Notes: generated from the letters alone by a model not told the origin. A stretch of 64,000 bases of DNA from Terriglobia bacterium (GCA_965206645.1 CBDBKE010000003.1:608001-672000); one strand, 5' to 3'. Shown: positions 51,824 to 62,405, counted from the stretch's first letter. Numbers and translations: made by a program.

Positions 51824-52144
51824 TTTAAATCGCTTTACATCTTTGCCAACTGCTTCAACTTCTCCGGCCAAGTTAGACCCTAGTGTAGTTATTTTTGGTC
51901 TTATGAGACCAGTGGCAAATCTTGCAATAAACGGGTCACCCCTTCGAAAGGTGCAGTCCTCTGACATAACTGTTGTCGCATGTATTCTTATCAGTACTTC
52001 ATTGTCCTTTGGAATAGGTTGTTCTACCTCTTTGCGCTGAAGAACCTCCGGTGGACCGTATTTTGTGTATACAATCGCTTTCATGAGTCTCCTCAAAGAT
52101 TGCTTTAGCGGTATTTCACACAATCCATGCGATAAGTTTGCAAA

Positions 52145-52178
52145 ACCTAACTCTTGTTTGGTCTGACCTGGATAAAAC
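52145..52178 (-). other. attI-like recombination site, copy 2
   Basis: gttttatccaggtcagaccaaacaagaGTTAGGT on minus; 26/34 identity to copy 1; precedes the low-GC oxidoreductase. Confidence 0.55.
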
Positions 52179-52219
52179 TACGGAAGGGTTGCACAGGTTG
52201 ACACCGCCGGACTGGGGGC

Positions 52220-53392
52220 TCAGGCGCGGACGGCCTCGGCGACGGTAGAACCAATGCGCTCGATCGCCTTCTGAATATTTTCCTGGGAATTGGCGTAGGA
52301 GAAGCGCAGGTAGCCTTGCCCGTACTCTCCGAAGTCTTCTCCGGCAAGGCAAGCGACCCCGGCTGACTGCAGCAGCAGGTCGGCGATCTGCCGCGAGGCC
52401 TTGCCGGTGCCCTGGATGTTGGGGAAGACGTAAAAGGCGCCGCGTGGCGGCGTGCAGGAGAAGCCGGGGATGCGGTTCAGCCCGCCCACAATCAGGTCCC
52501 GCCGCCGGCGAAACTCCTCCACCATTTTCCGCACAGCGTCTTGGGGGCCTCGCAGGGCCTCGATCCCCGCTCGCTGCGTGAAGCTGGCCGTGCAGGAGGT
52601 GGAGTTGACCTGCAATCGGACCACGTGCTGGGCCAGCGCGACCGGCATCACCCCGTAGCCCAGGCGCCAGCCGGTCATGGCATAGGTCTTGGAGAAGCCG
52701 TCCAGGATGATCGTCTTCTCTCCCATGCCGGGGAAGGAGGCGATCGAGCGGTGCTGGCCCTCATAAAGAATCTGGCTGTAGACCTCGTCGGAGAGCACCA
52801 CCAGGTCACGGTTAGCACACAGGCGCGCGATCTCGCTGAGGTCTTCTTCGGGAATGATGCCGCCGGTGGGGTTGTGGGGCGAATTCAGAATCAGCAACCT
52901 GGTGCGGTCGCTAAGTTGATCTGCCAGCGAGTTCAGGTCCAGCGAAAAACCGCGCTCTTCCGACAGCCGGAGGGGTTTGGGCTGAGCCCCCAGGTATTGG
53001 ATCATGGACTCGTAGATGGGGAAGCCGGGGTTGGGGTAGAGCACCTCGTCGCCGGGTTCCAACAGAGCCAGCAGGGTGAAGAACAAGATGGGTTTGGCGC
53101 CTGGCACCACCACTACCTGCTCGGGCGTGACCCGGATGCCGCGGCTGGAGGAGACTTGCTCGGCGATGGCTTCCCGCAGCTCCGGGTAGCCTTGGGAAGG
53201 GCCGTAGTGTGTCCAGCCTTGCTGCAAGGCGGCCTCAGCGGCGGCCACAATGTGAGGCTCGGTGGGGAAGTCAGGCTCGCCGATTTCCAGGTGGATAATG
53301 TCACGTCCGGCCGCTTCCAGCTTGCGGGCCCGCGCCAGCACCTCAAACGCCGTCTCGGTTCCCAGCCGACTCATCCGCTCTGCAAAGCGCAT
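52220..53392 (-). CDS. PLP-dependent class I/II aminotransferase (aspartate aminotransferase-like)
   Basis: LEIGEPDF, NSPHNPTG, SDEVY, DGFSKTYAMTGWRLG, GAFY. Confidence 0.95.
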   Translation of the reverse strand: MRFAERMSRLGTETAFEVLARARKLEAAGRDIIHLEIGEPDFPTEPHIVAAAEAALQQGWTHYGPSQGYPELREAIAEQVSSSRGIRVTPEQVVVVPGAKPILFFTLLALLEPGDEVLYPNPGFPIYESMIQYLGAQPKPLRLSEERGFSLDLNSLADQLSDRTRLLILNSPHNPTGGIIPEEDLSEIARLCANRDLVVLSDEVYSQILYEGQHRSIASFPGMGEKTIILDGFSKTYAMTGWRLGYGVMPVALAQHVVRLQVNSTSCTASFTQRAGIEALRGPQDAVRKMVEEFRRRRDLIVGGLNRIPGFSCTPPRGAFYVFPNIQGTGKASRQIADLLLQSAGVACLAGEDFGEYGQGYLRFSYANSQENIQKAIERIGSTVAEAVRA

Positions 53393-53578
53393 CCTTGTTC
53401 CTCCAGGGGTTCTTTCGGGGTCTCCTCCGGGCGTTCAGCATAGCATGCGACACTGTCTTTCCGGTGCGTGAAGCCCGGCTTGACCGCTTGCCGGCAGGCC
53501 CCGGGCCGGGCGACCTGTGGGGCCAAACGTACTGCTTTGCAAAGGGCAGGCGGTGGGGTATAACAGTCGGACCTGACC

Positions 53579-55009
53579 ATGCGAAAAGCCAAGATCATAG
53601 CTACAGTAGGGCCGGCCACGAACACCCGGGAAGGCGTGCAGGCGCTGGTGCGGGCCGGGGCAGACGTGGTGCGGCTTAACTTTTCTCACGGGACTCACCA
53701 GCAACACGCGCGGCTCATCCGGCTGGTGCGGGAAGTGGCCGCGGCCGAGAAGCGCCACCTGGCCATCCTGCAGGACCTGCCGGGACCGAAGATTCGCACC
53801 GGACGACTCGAGCAGGGCCGTCCGATAACGCTGCGGGCCGGCCAGACGCTGCAGTTGACGCCCAAGGAAATTGTCGGCACCTCCCGGCGGATTTCCATCA
53901 GCTATTCGCGGCTGGGCCGGGACGTGCGCCCTGGTGACCGGATCCTACTGGCCGACGGGTTGATCGAGCTGCAGGTGAAGAGCTGCCACGGCAACGACGT
54001 GGCCTGCAGGGTCCAGAATGGCGGCCTGCTGGGTGAGCACAAAGGCGTCAATTTGCCCGGCGCCAAGCTGCGCATCCCTGCGATGACCAAAGAGGACGAA
54101 CGGCACCTGAAATTCGGCCTGGAGCAAGGCGTGGACTATGTGGCGGTCTCCTTCGTGCGGGCGGCCCGGGACGTGGCCGTGGTCAAGGAGGTGATCGCGC
54201 GCTCGAGGAACCAGACTCCTGTCATCGCTAAGCTGGAAAAGCCGGAGGCCATCGAGGACCTGGAGAACATCCTGAAGATCAGCGACGCGGTCATGGTGGC
54301 CCGGGGGGACCTGGGCGTGGAGATGTCGCCGGAGAAGGTCCCGATGGCGCAGAAGCGCATCATCGAGAGGGCCCGCGCCGCCAAGGTTCCGGTGATTACC
54401 GCCACGCAGATGCTGGAGTCGATGACCGAGAATCCCCGCCCCACCCGGGCCGAAGCCAGCGACGTCGCCAATGCCATCTTCGATGGCACCGACGCGGTGA
54501 TGCTTTCCGGCGAGACTGCCAGCGGGAAATACCCGCGCGAAGCCGTGGCGATGATGGCGCGCATTGCCGAAGAGGCCGAGAGGCACATGAGCGAGATCCA
54601 TCCCCGGCTGCGGCGGGCGATGCACGAGCACAATATCGCGGAGGCGGTCAGCGAGAGCGTGGCCCACGTGACCGAAGAACTGGACGTCAAGGCGGTCGTG
54701 GTCTTCACCCGCAGTGGTTCCACAGCTCGGCTGATCTCCAAGTACCGCCCGGTGCCCCCCATCTACGCCTTCTGCCCGGAGCAGCGGACCTGCCAACGGG
54801 TGGCTCTCTACTGGGGCGTGCAACCGTGGTTCATGCCGCTGGTTTCCGACACCGATTCCACCATCGCCTCGGCGGAAAAGATCTTGCTGCAAAAGAAGCT
54901 AGTCGCCCGGGGCGATATCCTGGCGGCCGTGGCCGGCAGTCCTTTCACCGCGCCCGGCGGCACCAACCTGATGAAACTAGTGCGCGTCGGAGAATGGCGG
55001 CGAGCCTGA
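53579..55009 (+). CDS. pyk: Pyruvate kinase
   Basis: KIIATVGPA, RLNFSHG, AKLEK, MVARGDLGVE, ATQMLESM, MLSGETA. Confidence 0.98.
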   Translation: MRKAKIIATVGPATNTREGVQALVRAGADVVRLNFSHGTHQQHARLIRLVREVAAAEKRHLAILQDLPGPKIRTGRLEQGRPITLRAGQTLQLTPKEIVGTSRRISISYSRLGRDVRPGDRILLADGLIELQVKSCHGNDVACRVQNGGLLGEHKGVNLPGAKLRIPAMTKEDERHLKFGLEQGVDYVAVSFVRAARDVAVVKEVIARSRNQTPVIAKLEKPEAIEDLENILKISDAVMVARGDLGVEMSPEKVPMAQKRIIERARAAKVPVITATQMLESMTENPRPTRAEASDVANAIFDGTDAVMLSGETASGKYPREAVAMMARIAEEAERHMSEIHPRLRRAMHEHNIAEAVSESVAHVTEELDVKAVVVFTRSGSTARLISKYRPVPPIYAFCPEQRTCQRVALYWGVQPWFMPLVSDTDSTIASAEKILLQKKLVARGDILAAVAGSPFTAPGGTNLMKLVRVGEWRRA

Positions 55010-55150
55010 GGCGGCCGTGCCCGACTACTCTCCGTGCTGGCTCCTCGTGCTCGCTTCGGGCGCTGACGGCCTTCTAGCGCAGCTGCCCGATCGACCGCTC
55101 GAAGCTGCATCTGACGGTCTCCCGACGCTTGGCGGGCCGTCCAACTTTCA

Positions 55151-55177
55151 TGTAACTTTCCTGCTACCTTTAGCGTC
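55151..55177 (+). promoter_or_regulatory. Possible ECF-sigma promoter upstream of bamA
   Basis: TGTAAC, 17 nt, CGTC. Confidence 0.35.
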
Positions 55178-55303
55178 GGAATGGGTTTATCCCCTCGGAC
55201 CGGCAAGCTTCCAGAGTCTTTGCCTGGAAGCCCTGCGGCCGTTGTAAAATGAATGGGTCGCCCGACGCAGGGCGTCTCGTATGAAAACTCTGAGTCGGGA
55301 GAG

Positions 55304-58105
55304 ATGTTCCGTTTGAAGCTGTCGGCACCGCCCAGGTTGCTTTTCCTGCTGTTCCTGTGCTGGTTGGGGGCCCTGCCCACCAGTGCCTCCGCAGCAGCGC
55401 CGGCCGCCCAGCAAGCCGAGTCGGAGGAGCTCATTGACCACATTCGGTTTCTAGGGAACCGGCGCGTGCCCGCGGCCACCCTGCGCTCCCGGATCTTCAG
55501 CAAACCCGGCGATCCCTACAGCCCGGATGCCCTGCGCCGCGATTTCATGTCCCTGTGGAACGCAGGGTTCTTTGAGAACATCCGTCTCGAGGTGGAGGAC
55601 GGCGACAAGGGGAAGATCGTTCTCTTCCACGTGGAGGAGAAACCCACCATCCGCGCGATGGATTACAAGGGCATCAAATCGGTCACTGTCTCGGAGATTC
55701 TGGATCGCTTCCGGGAGCGCAGGGTGAGTTTAACGCCGCAAAGCCAGTACGAGCCCACCCGGGTGCGGCGGGCCGAGGTGGTGCTGACTGAGTTGCTGGC
55801 TGAGCGCGGCCGCCAGTACGCGAAGGTTCGAGCCGAGCCCAGACGCGTGCCGCCGAACTCGGTGATGCTGGACTTCGTCGTTGAGGAAGGGCCCAAGGTC
55901 AAGGTCGGCAAGATCGAATTCACCGGCAATACTGTTTTTAGCAACCGGGATCTGCGCCGGGCAATGAAACACATGAAACCGATCGGGATTCCCTACTCCA
56001 TCATTCTGGAAAACATCTTTAGCAAGACCTTTGACCACAACAAGCTGGCCGCCGACCTGGAACAGGTGCGCGGCAAACACCAGGACAGCGGCTACTTCAC
56101 CGCGCTGGTGCTGGACCCGGACATCAACAGTCGCGACACCGGCGGCGGGTGGTTCCGCATTCCCCTGTTCTATCCCAACCGGCCCAGCAAGCGGGTGGAC
56201 CTGACAATCCCCATCCAGGAGGGCGAGCAGTACCGGGTGGGGAAGTTGGCTTTTACCGGGGTCAAATTCTTCCGCCAGCCGGACGCCATTATGTACCCGT
56301 TGTTCAAGATGAGGGAAGGCGACATCTTCGATGTTTCCAAGATCCGCTCTGGGCTGGAGGACCTGCGCAAGCTGTACGGGGAATTCGGCTTCATCAATAT
56401 GGTTCCTACGCCGGACGCCGACGTGGATCGGCAGAACAAGGTCATCAACATGACCCTCGACATCGAAGAGGACAAGCAGTTCTTTGTCCGGCGTATCGAG
56501 TTCTCGGGCAACACCACCACTCGCGACAAGGTCATCCGGCGTGAGTTGCTGTTGGACGAAGGAGACATGTTCAACAGCCGGCTGTGGGAGGTCAGCATCC
56601 TGCGCCTGAACCAGCTCGGCTTCTTCGAGGCACTCAAGCCCGAGGAGGCCGACATCCGGCCTAACAACCGGACCGGCCAAGTGGACATCAATTTGAACGT
56701 CAAGGAACGCGGGAAAAACACCATCGGGTTGACGGGTGGGACCAGCGGCATCGCTGGCAGTTTTATTGGGATGAACTACTCCACCAACAATTTCATGGGG
56801 CTAGGGGAGACCCTGACTTTTGGGGTGGAGCTCGGGAACCGCCAGCGCAACATCCTGTTCGGCTTCACCGAGCCCTACGCGTTTGACCGCCCGCTGCAGA
56901 TGGGTTTCACCATCTTTGCCCGTCGCTTCAGCTTCAATCAGGCGCGCGAGGCCTCCATCCTGAGCGGGCGCAACCTGATCCCGCTGTTTGAGTTGTTGGG
57001 CACCGACAACATCCAGAATTTCCGCCAGTCCAGCCAGGGGTTCACCGTCTTTGCCACCTATCCGCTGCGGCGCAGTTTCGCCCGCGTGGGCCTCACTTTT
57101 GGCTACGACCGCTCCGACATCAGGACCTTCAGTGCGGCTTCCAAGCAATTCTTCGAGTTCCTGAATTTCCGGGGCGCCAGTGGCCCCAACGCGCTGGAAG
57201 GGATCACGACCAGCAGGGTCATCCCCACCTACCTGTACAACACGGTGGATCACCCGATCACACCCACCCGCGGCACCAAAGTCTTCGGTAGCCTAGAGTT
57301 GGCCGGCCTGGGCGGAAACGTCCGTCTCTTCCGGCCCACCTTCGAGTTCACCAAGTTCCATCCGGTGAACAAGAAGGGGCATATCGTGGGGTTCCGCTTC
57401 CTGACCTCAGTCCTGAGTGGTTACGGGGGCAGGGTGGCGCCACCGTTTCAGCGCTTTTACATTGGTGGGGAGACCGACATTCGCGGCTTCTTCATCCGCG
57501 CCGTCAGCCCGATGGCCTTCGTCACCGACGAGGCCACGATCGGTGTGGTCAATCAAGACGGCACGCCGCGATTTGTCCCGGTGGTGGTCGATGGGGAGGT
57601 GCAGCTGGTGCCCCAAACCGTCACCTACCCGGTGAACCGCATCATCTTCCCAGGCGGGGACTTGCAGACGATCGGCAACTTCGAATACCGCGTCCCGATT
57701 TTCGGGCCGGTAGTCCTGGCGGCGTTCTTCGACGCCGGGCTCAATACCGTCTGGCGGCAAAGCCAGCTCACGATGAACCCCTCGCGGTTGTCAGACCTGA
57801 TGGCTAAGTTCCCCGGCCAGGAGTTTCCCTCGAGGGTACAATTGTTGCCAGGAACCAACCGGCAGATTCGCAGCTCGACCGGATTGGAGGTCCAAGTGCT
57901 GCTGCCGGTCGTCAATGCTCCGTTCCGCGTGTACTGGGCCTACAACCCGAACCGACTGGAGACCCTCCTGGCCCCGCCGGTCCTGATTAACCGGAGCCAG
58001 TTCCCCAACGATGCCACCTTCAGGTCGGCGTTGCTGACTACCCCGCGCGTGTTCTGGCGGGAGAAGAGCCGGACCTTCCGATTCAGCGTCGGCCGGACTT
58101 TCTGA
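55304..58105 (+). CDS. bamA: Outer membrane protein assembly factor BamA
   Basis: Signal peptide, POTRA domains (GNTTTRDKVIRRE), RFYIGGETDIRGF, C-terminal FSVGRTF. Confidence 0.96.
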   Translation: MFRLKLSAPPRLLFLLFLCWLGALPTSASAAAPAAQQAESEELIDHIRFLGNRRVPAATLRSRIFSKPGDPYSPDALRRDFMSLWNAGFFENIRLEVEDGDKGKIVLFHVEEKPTIRAMDYKGIKSVTVSEILDRFRERRVSLTPQSQYEPTRVRRAEVVLTELLAERGRQYAKVRAEPRRVPPNSVMLDFVVEEGPKVKVGKIEFTGNTVFSNRDLRRAMKHMKPIGIPYSIILENIFSKTFDHNKLAADLEQVRGKHQDSGYFTALVLDPDINSRDTGGGWFRIPLFYPNRPSKRVDLTIPIQEGEQYRVGKLAFTGVKFFRQPDAIMYPLFKMREGDIFDVSKIRSGLEDLRKLYGEFGFINMVPTPDADVDRQNKVINMTLDIEEDKQFFVRRIEFSGNTTTRDKVIRRELLLDEGDMFNSRLWEVSILRLNQLGFFEALKPEEADIRPNNRTGQVDINLNVKERGKNTIGLTGGTSGIAGSFIGMNYSTNNFMGLGETLTFGVELGNRQRNILFGFTEPYAFDRPLQMGFTIFARRFSFNQAREASILSGRNLIPLFELLGTDNIQNFRQSSQGFTVFATYPLRRSFARVGLTFGYDRSDIRTFSAASKQFFEFLNFRGASGPNALEGITTSRVIPTYLYNTVDHPITPTRGTKVFGSLELAGLGGNVRLFRPTFEFTKFHPVNKKGHIVGFRFLTSVLSGYGGRVAPPFQRFYIGGETDIRGFFIRAVSPMAFVTDEATIGVVNQDGTPRFVPVVVDGEVQLVPQTVTYPVNRIIFPGGDLQTIGNFEYRVPIFGPVVLAAFFDAGLNTVWRQSQLTMNPSRLSDLMAKFPGQEFPSRVQLLPGTNRQIRSSTGLEVQVLLPVVNAPFRVYWAYNPNRLETLLAPPVLINRSQFPNDATFRSALLTTPRVFWREKSRTFRFSVGRTF

Positions 58106-58205
58106 GCCGCTAGTAAGTCCCCTGAACTGTATACTGCAGAGGGCGGACAAGGGACTGTGGCCCCAGCGGGCGCAGTTGGCACGTCAGCGAAAGTGCCGGG
58201 CCGGA

Positions 58206-58235
58206 TTGACCCGGTGATGGGGAGACAACTATAAT
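58206..58235 (+). promoter_or_regulatory. sigma70 promoter of skp
   Basis: TTGACC, 18 nt, TATAAT. Confidence 0.6.
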
Positions 58236-58306
58236 GGCTTGATAGGATAGACCTCCGGCTCTTTGCGAAAGGGGCAAAGGTCCCGACTTCACGGTTAGGA
58301 GTTTAG

Positions 58307-58915
58307 ATGAGAAAGCAGGCTTTTCCTTTGGCACTGGCTGTTGCTTTGGGGGTGACCCTGTTGGGTAACGTGCAGGCCCAAAACCCAGCGCCCACGCCGG
58401 GATCCAAGATCGGCATCATCAACATTCAGCGGGCCATCGTAGAATCGGAAGAGGGGAAGAAGGCACAGGAGAAGTTGCGAGCGGAGTTTGCTCCCAAGGA
58501 CAAGGAATTGCGGGCCAAACAAGAGGAAATCGAGAAGTTGCGGAAGCAGCTTCAGGAAAGCGAAAGGGTTCTCAGTGATGAGGCCCGGAGGAACCTGGTG
58601 CGGCAGATTGAAACCAAGACCAGGGATTTCAATCGCAGCAACGAGGACCTCAACGCCGACTTCCAGCGGGCCCAGGGGCAGATGGTCAACGAGATCGGGC
58701 GGAAGCTGATAAAAATCCTGGATCAGTACGCGCGCGAGAACGGCTACCACCTGGTAATCGACGTCAGCTCGCCCCAAGCTCCTGTTGCGTGGGCTAGCAC
58801 AACTCTGGATGTGACCGAAGACATCATCAAACTGTACAACGCTAGCTTGGCCGCTTCCGCTGCTAGCGCTCCGGGTGCCACGACTGGAAGGAAATCGCCC
58901 TCGGCGCAGCGCTAG
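58307..58915 (+). CDS. skp: OmpH/Skp chaperone
   Basis: Signal peptide, KIGIINIQRAI.ES.EGKKA, coiled coil, YA.ENGY.LVID, LDVTEDII. Confidence 0.92.
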   Translation: MRKQAFPLALAVALGVTLLGNVQAQNPAPTPGSKIGIINIQRAIVESEEGKKAQEKLRAEFAPKDKELRAKQEEIEKLRKQLQESERVLSDEARRNLVRQIETKTRDFNRSNEDLNADFQRAQGQMVNEIGRKLIKILDQYARENGYHLVIDVSSPQAPVAWASTTLDVTEDIIKLYNASLAASAASAPGATTGRKSPSAQR

Positions 58916-59065
58916 CCTCCGGAAAGCCTCTTCGGGGCCGAGGCTGGCCGAGCCAATCTGGCGGTTGGTGACTGCCGGCCGAGCCAAGCTGCCGGATAGT
59001 GACCTAGCTATTTCCTCTCTTCTGTCCATTGAACCTCCGGCTGTTCACGAATAGACTTTCGACAA

Positions 59066-59632
59066 GTGCGCTATTTTTTTCGCAGTCGGATCCCCGAGCC
59101 CCGAATGGTGCTGCTGGTCGAGAGCGGTTCGCGCTCGGTAATGGAGAGAGCCTACGCGCGGATGCGCCCGATCTTTTCCCGGGCCCGTTTCGAGCTGTGC
59201 ACCTGCTTTCCCGGTGTGCCGGCCCCCGGCGGCTTTGAGCGTGTCTACAGAGTGACGGAGGCGCCCGATGTAGCCAGCAAGTGGAAGATGCTGCTCGCTA
59301 TGCGGCGCTCGCGAGCCTCCGTGGCAGGCCTGCTGTTCACGCGGGAATCCGTTTTGCTTCGCTGGAAGCTCCTTCTCATGTTCTTTCTGCCCTCCAAGCT
59401 GCTGGTGGTGAATGAAAACGGGGACTTCTTCTGGCTCGACTGGTCCAACCGGGCCTCCATTCGCCGCTTCCTGGGTGCTCGTATGGATGTGGAGGGTGCC
59501 GAACTGCTCCGAACGGCCTTCCGTCTCCTGCTGCTTCCCTTTGTCTTCCTGCTTCTGGCCTGTTACGCCCTGTTCGCTTACCTGGGGCGCTGGCTTCGGG
59601 TGCTTTCCTGGAGCTTGTTGCGCCGCAGCTAA
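59066..59632 (+). CDS. Hypothetical protein with C-terminal TM helix
   Basis: LLVESGSR...PSKLLVVNENGDFFW; operon-like position after skp. Confidence 0.65.
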   Translation: MRYFFRSRIPEPRMVLLVESGSRSVMERAYARMRPIFSRARFELCTCFPGVPAPGGFERVYRVTEAPDVASKWKMLLAMRRSRASVAGLLFTRESVLLRWKLLLMFFLPSKLLVVNENGDFFWLDWSNRASIRRFLGARMDVEGAELLRTAFRLLLLPFVFLLLACYALFAYLGRWLRVLSWSLLRRS

Positions 59633-59787
59633 AGCACATCACGCAGTGCGTTTAGGGAATGCCTGACGGCGCCAAGAACCTGTCAACTCAAGAAAACTTC
59701 CCGCTTTGGATAATCTTGTAACCATAGCTTTGCGTCAGGATATTTACTTTGTTTTAAAAGAGATAGCAGGTAGTACACGGGCCCGGA

Positions 59788-59896
59788 CCAATCTTGACTT
59801 TTTAGTCTAGATTGGCTATCCTGGATCTTGCTACGGGAGGTTTGTGAGTCAAAGTAACAGCTGGGCAAATTAATCTTGACTCATTTGTATAGATTG
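59788..59896 (+). promoter_or_regulatory. Two related Rrf2/IscR-like operator sites upstream of suf
   Basis: CCAATCTTGACT-TTTT-AGTCTAGATTGG (59788-59815) and AATCTTGACTCATTTGTATAGATTG (59872-59896). Confidence 0.65.
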
Positions 59897-60008
59897 CATA
59901 CGCTGCCGCTTGGCTGGCGCTCCCCACTTTTTGTGAAGCGTCACCTTCGGTTGGAAGCACTGAGAGTTTCTACACAATGCCTCTAAGAGGGAGAAGACAA
60001 GACAAGCT

Positions 60009-61457
60009 ATGAGCACTCCGGTCAACAACATCGAGGAGCTTACCAACAAGGAGTACAAGTACGGTTTCTTCACGGAAGTTGAGACCGATACGGTGCCCCC
60101 TGGGTTGAATGAGGACGTCATTCGGTTGATTTCGGCCAAGAAGAACGAGCCGGAGTTCATGCTGGAGTGGCGGCTGAAAGCCTACCGGCACTGGCTCACG
60201 TTGAAAGAGCCGAGCTGGGCCAACGTGCACTACCCGCCTATTGACTACCAGAGCATTGTCTACTACTCGGCGCCGAAATCGCAGGAGGACCGGCCCAAGA
60301 GCCTGGACGAGGTGGACCCGGAGCTGCTGAAGACTTACGAGAAGCTGGGCATCCCGTTGCGGGAGCAAGAGATGCTGGCCGGAGTGGCGGTAGATGCCGT
60401 GTTCGACAGCGTCTCGGTGGCCACCACTTTCAAGGAGAAGCTGGGCGAGCTGGGCATCATCTTCTGCTCGTTTTCCGAGGCGGTGCGGGAGCACCCGGAG
60501 CTGGTCCGCAAGTACCTGGGCTCGGTGGTTCCTTACACCGATAACTTCTTTGCAGGACTGAACGCGGCTGTATTCAGTGACGGCTCGTTCTGCTACATCC
60601 CCAAGGGCGTCCGCTGTCCCATGGAGCTATCCACCTACTTCCGCATCAACGCCCAGAACACCGGCCAGTTTGAGCGCACCCTGATCATTGCCGAGGAAGG
60701 CAGCTACGTCAGCTACTTGGAAGGCTGCACGGCGCCGATGCGCGACACCAACCAGTTGCATGCCGCCGTGGTGGAGTTGATCGCGCTGGATAACGCGCAG
60801 ATCAAGTACTCGACCATCCAGAACTGGTATCCCGGCGACAAGCAAGGCCGGGGCGGCATCTTCAATTTCGTGACCAAGCGCGGCAAGTGTCTGGGAGTCA
60901 ATTCCAAGATCTCCTGGACGCAAGTGGAGACCGGCTCGGCGATCACCTGGAAGTACCCCAGCTGCATTCTGCTGGGGGACAACTCGGTGGGCGAGTTTTA
61001 CTCGGTGGCCACCACCAACAACTACCAGCAGGCAGACACCGGCACCAAGATGCTCCACATCGGCAAGAACACCCGGAGCACCATCGTCTCCAAGGGGATT
61101 TCGTCCGGCCACGGGCAGAACACCTACCGTGGCATGGTGAAGATGCTGCCGGCCGCCACCGGCGCGCGGAATTATTCGCAGTGCGACTCGCTGCTGATCG
61201 GCGACCAGTGCGGAGCCCACACCTTCCCCTACCTGGAAGTCAAGAATCCGTTGGCACAGGTGGAGCACGAGGCTTCCACCTCCAAGGTCGGCGAGGACCA
61301 GATCTTTTACTGCCGCCAGCGCGGCCTCTCCAGCGAAGACGCCGTCTCGATGATCATCAACGGCTTCTGCAAGCAGGTGTTCCGCGAGCTGCCGATGGAG
61401 TTTGCCGTCGAGGCCCAGAAGCTGCTGAGTGTGAGTCTGGAAGGCAGCGTGGGCTAG
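60009..61457 (+). CDS. sufB: Fe-S cluster assembly protein SufB
   Basis: [50 protein letters not shown]. Confidence 0.98.
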   Translation: MSTPVNNIEELTNKEYKYGFFTEVETDTVPPGLNEDVIRLISAKKNEPEFMLEWRLKAYRHWLTLKEPSWANVHYPPIDYQSIVYYSAPKSQEDRPKSLDEVDPELLKTYEKLGIPLREQEMLAGVAVDAVFDSVSVATTFKEKLGELGIIFCSFSEAVREHPELVRKYLGSVVPYTDNFFAGLNAAVFSDGSFCYIPKGVRCPMELSTYFRINAQNTGQFERTLIIAEEGSYVSYLEGCTAPMRDTNQLHAAVVELIALDNAQIKYSTIQNWYPGDKQGRGGIFNFVTKRGKCLGVNSKISWTQVETGSAITWKYPSCILLGDNSVGEFYSVATTNNYQQADTGTKMLHIGKNTRSTIVSKGISSGHGQNTYRGMVKMLPAATGARNYSQCDSLLIGDQCGAHTFPYLEVKNPLAQVEHEASTSKVGEDQIFYCRQRGLSSEDAVSMIINGFCKQVFRELPMEFAVEAQKLLSVSLEGSVG

Positions 61458-61476
61458 TGCCCTAGAGGGGTTCCCA

Positions 61477-61545
61477 GTGTCATTCCGAGCGGGGCGAGGA
61501 ATCTGTTTTTCCACCGCAATTGCTTGCAGGACAGACAGATCTCTT
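61477..61545. repeat. Degenerate REP-like element between sufB and sufC
   Basis: tgtcattccgagcggggcgaggaatctg ... cagatctc. Confidence 0.4.
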
Positions 61546-61626
61546 GGGCTGACGAAGCGCGTCGGCCCTCCCTATGAGACGCGGGCAAGGTTTTCCGTAG
61601 CCCGCTGAAGGAGATCTTTTTCGAGC

Positions 61627-62397
61627 ATGCTGGAAATCAAGAATCTGCGCGCCAAGACTGGCGACATCGAAATCCTGCGCGGTGTGGACCTCAAAGTCAA
61701 CCTGGGCGAGGTGCATGCCATCATGGGACCCAACGGGTCGGGCAAGAGCACTCTGGCCCAGGTTCTTGCTGGACGCGACCTCTATGAAGTCACCGCTGGC
61801 GAGGTGACCTACAACAGCCAGGACCTGCTGGCCATGTCCCCGGAAGATCGCGCCGGCGACGGCATCTTCCTGGCCTTCCAGTATCCGGTGGAGATTCCCG
61901 GGGTGAGCAACACCTACTTCCTTAAGGCGGCGCTGAATACCATTCGCAAGCACCGCGGCTTGCCGGAGCTGGACGCCATGGATTTCCTGGCGCTGATCCG
62001 CGAGAAGGTGAAGGCGCTGGGGCTGGATGAGAGCCTGATGACCCGCTCGGTCAACGAGGGCTTCTCGGGTGGGGAGAAGAAGCGCAACGAAATCTTCCAG
62101 ATGACGGTCCTGGAGCCCCGGTTGGCCATCATGGACGAGACCGATTCGGGTCTGGACATCGATGCGCTAAGAATTGTGGCCGGCGGGGTCAATGCCATGC
62201 GCAGCCCGGAGCGCGCCATTCTTGTGGTGACCCATTACCAGCGACTGTTGAACTACATCGTTCCCGACTTCGTTCACGTCCTGCACAACGGCCGCATTGT
62301 CCGCTCGGGCGACAAGAATCTGGCTCTGGAGTTGGAGAATCGTGGCTACGGTTGGCTGGAGGCAACCAGCCAGAGCGCGCAGCCCGTGACTGGGTAA
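61627..62397 (+). CDS. sufC: Fe-S cluster assembly ATPase SufC
   Basis: GPNGSGKST, FQYPVEIPGV, GFSGGEKKRNE, DETDSGLDID. Confidence 0.98.
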   Translation: MLEIKNLRAKTGDIEILRGVDLKVNLGEVHAIMGPNGSGKSTLAQVLAGRDLYEVTAGEVTYNSQDLLAMSPEDRAGDGIFLAFQYPVEIPGVSNTYFLKAALNTIRKHRGLPELDAMDFLALIREKVKALGLDESLMTRSVNEGFSGGEKKRNEIFQMTVLEPRLAIMDETDSGLDIDALRIVAGGVNAMRSPERAILVVTHYQRLLNYIVPDFVHVLHNGRIVRSGDKNLALELENRGYGWLEATSQSAQPVTG

Positions 62398-62405
62398 AGA
62401 GAACC

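Larger units (their letters stand above)
49080..52084 (-). pseudogene. Low-GC MDR-family NAD(P)-dependent oxidoreductase split by an IS1380 fragment and IS30
   Basis: [15 protein letters not shown]...VKRFK | EGDQVF...INGASGSVG...SLKQRG | VYLSTV...KPVIDR.YPL...HKKGNVVI; frames rejoin after removing both insertions. Confidence 0.9.
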
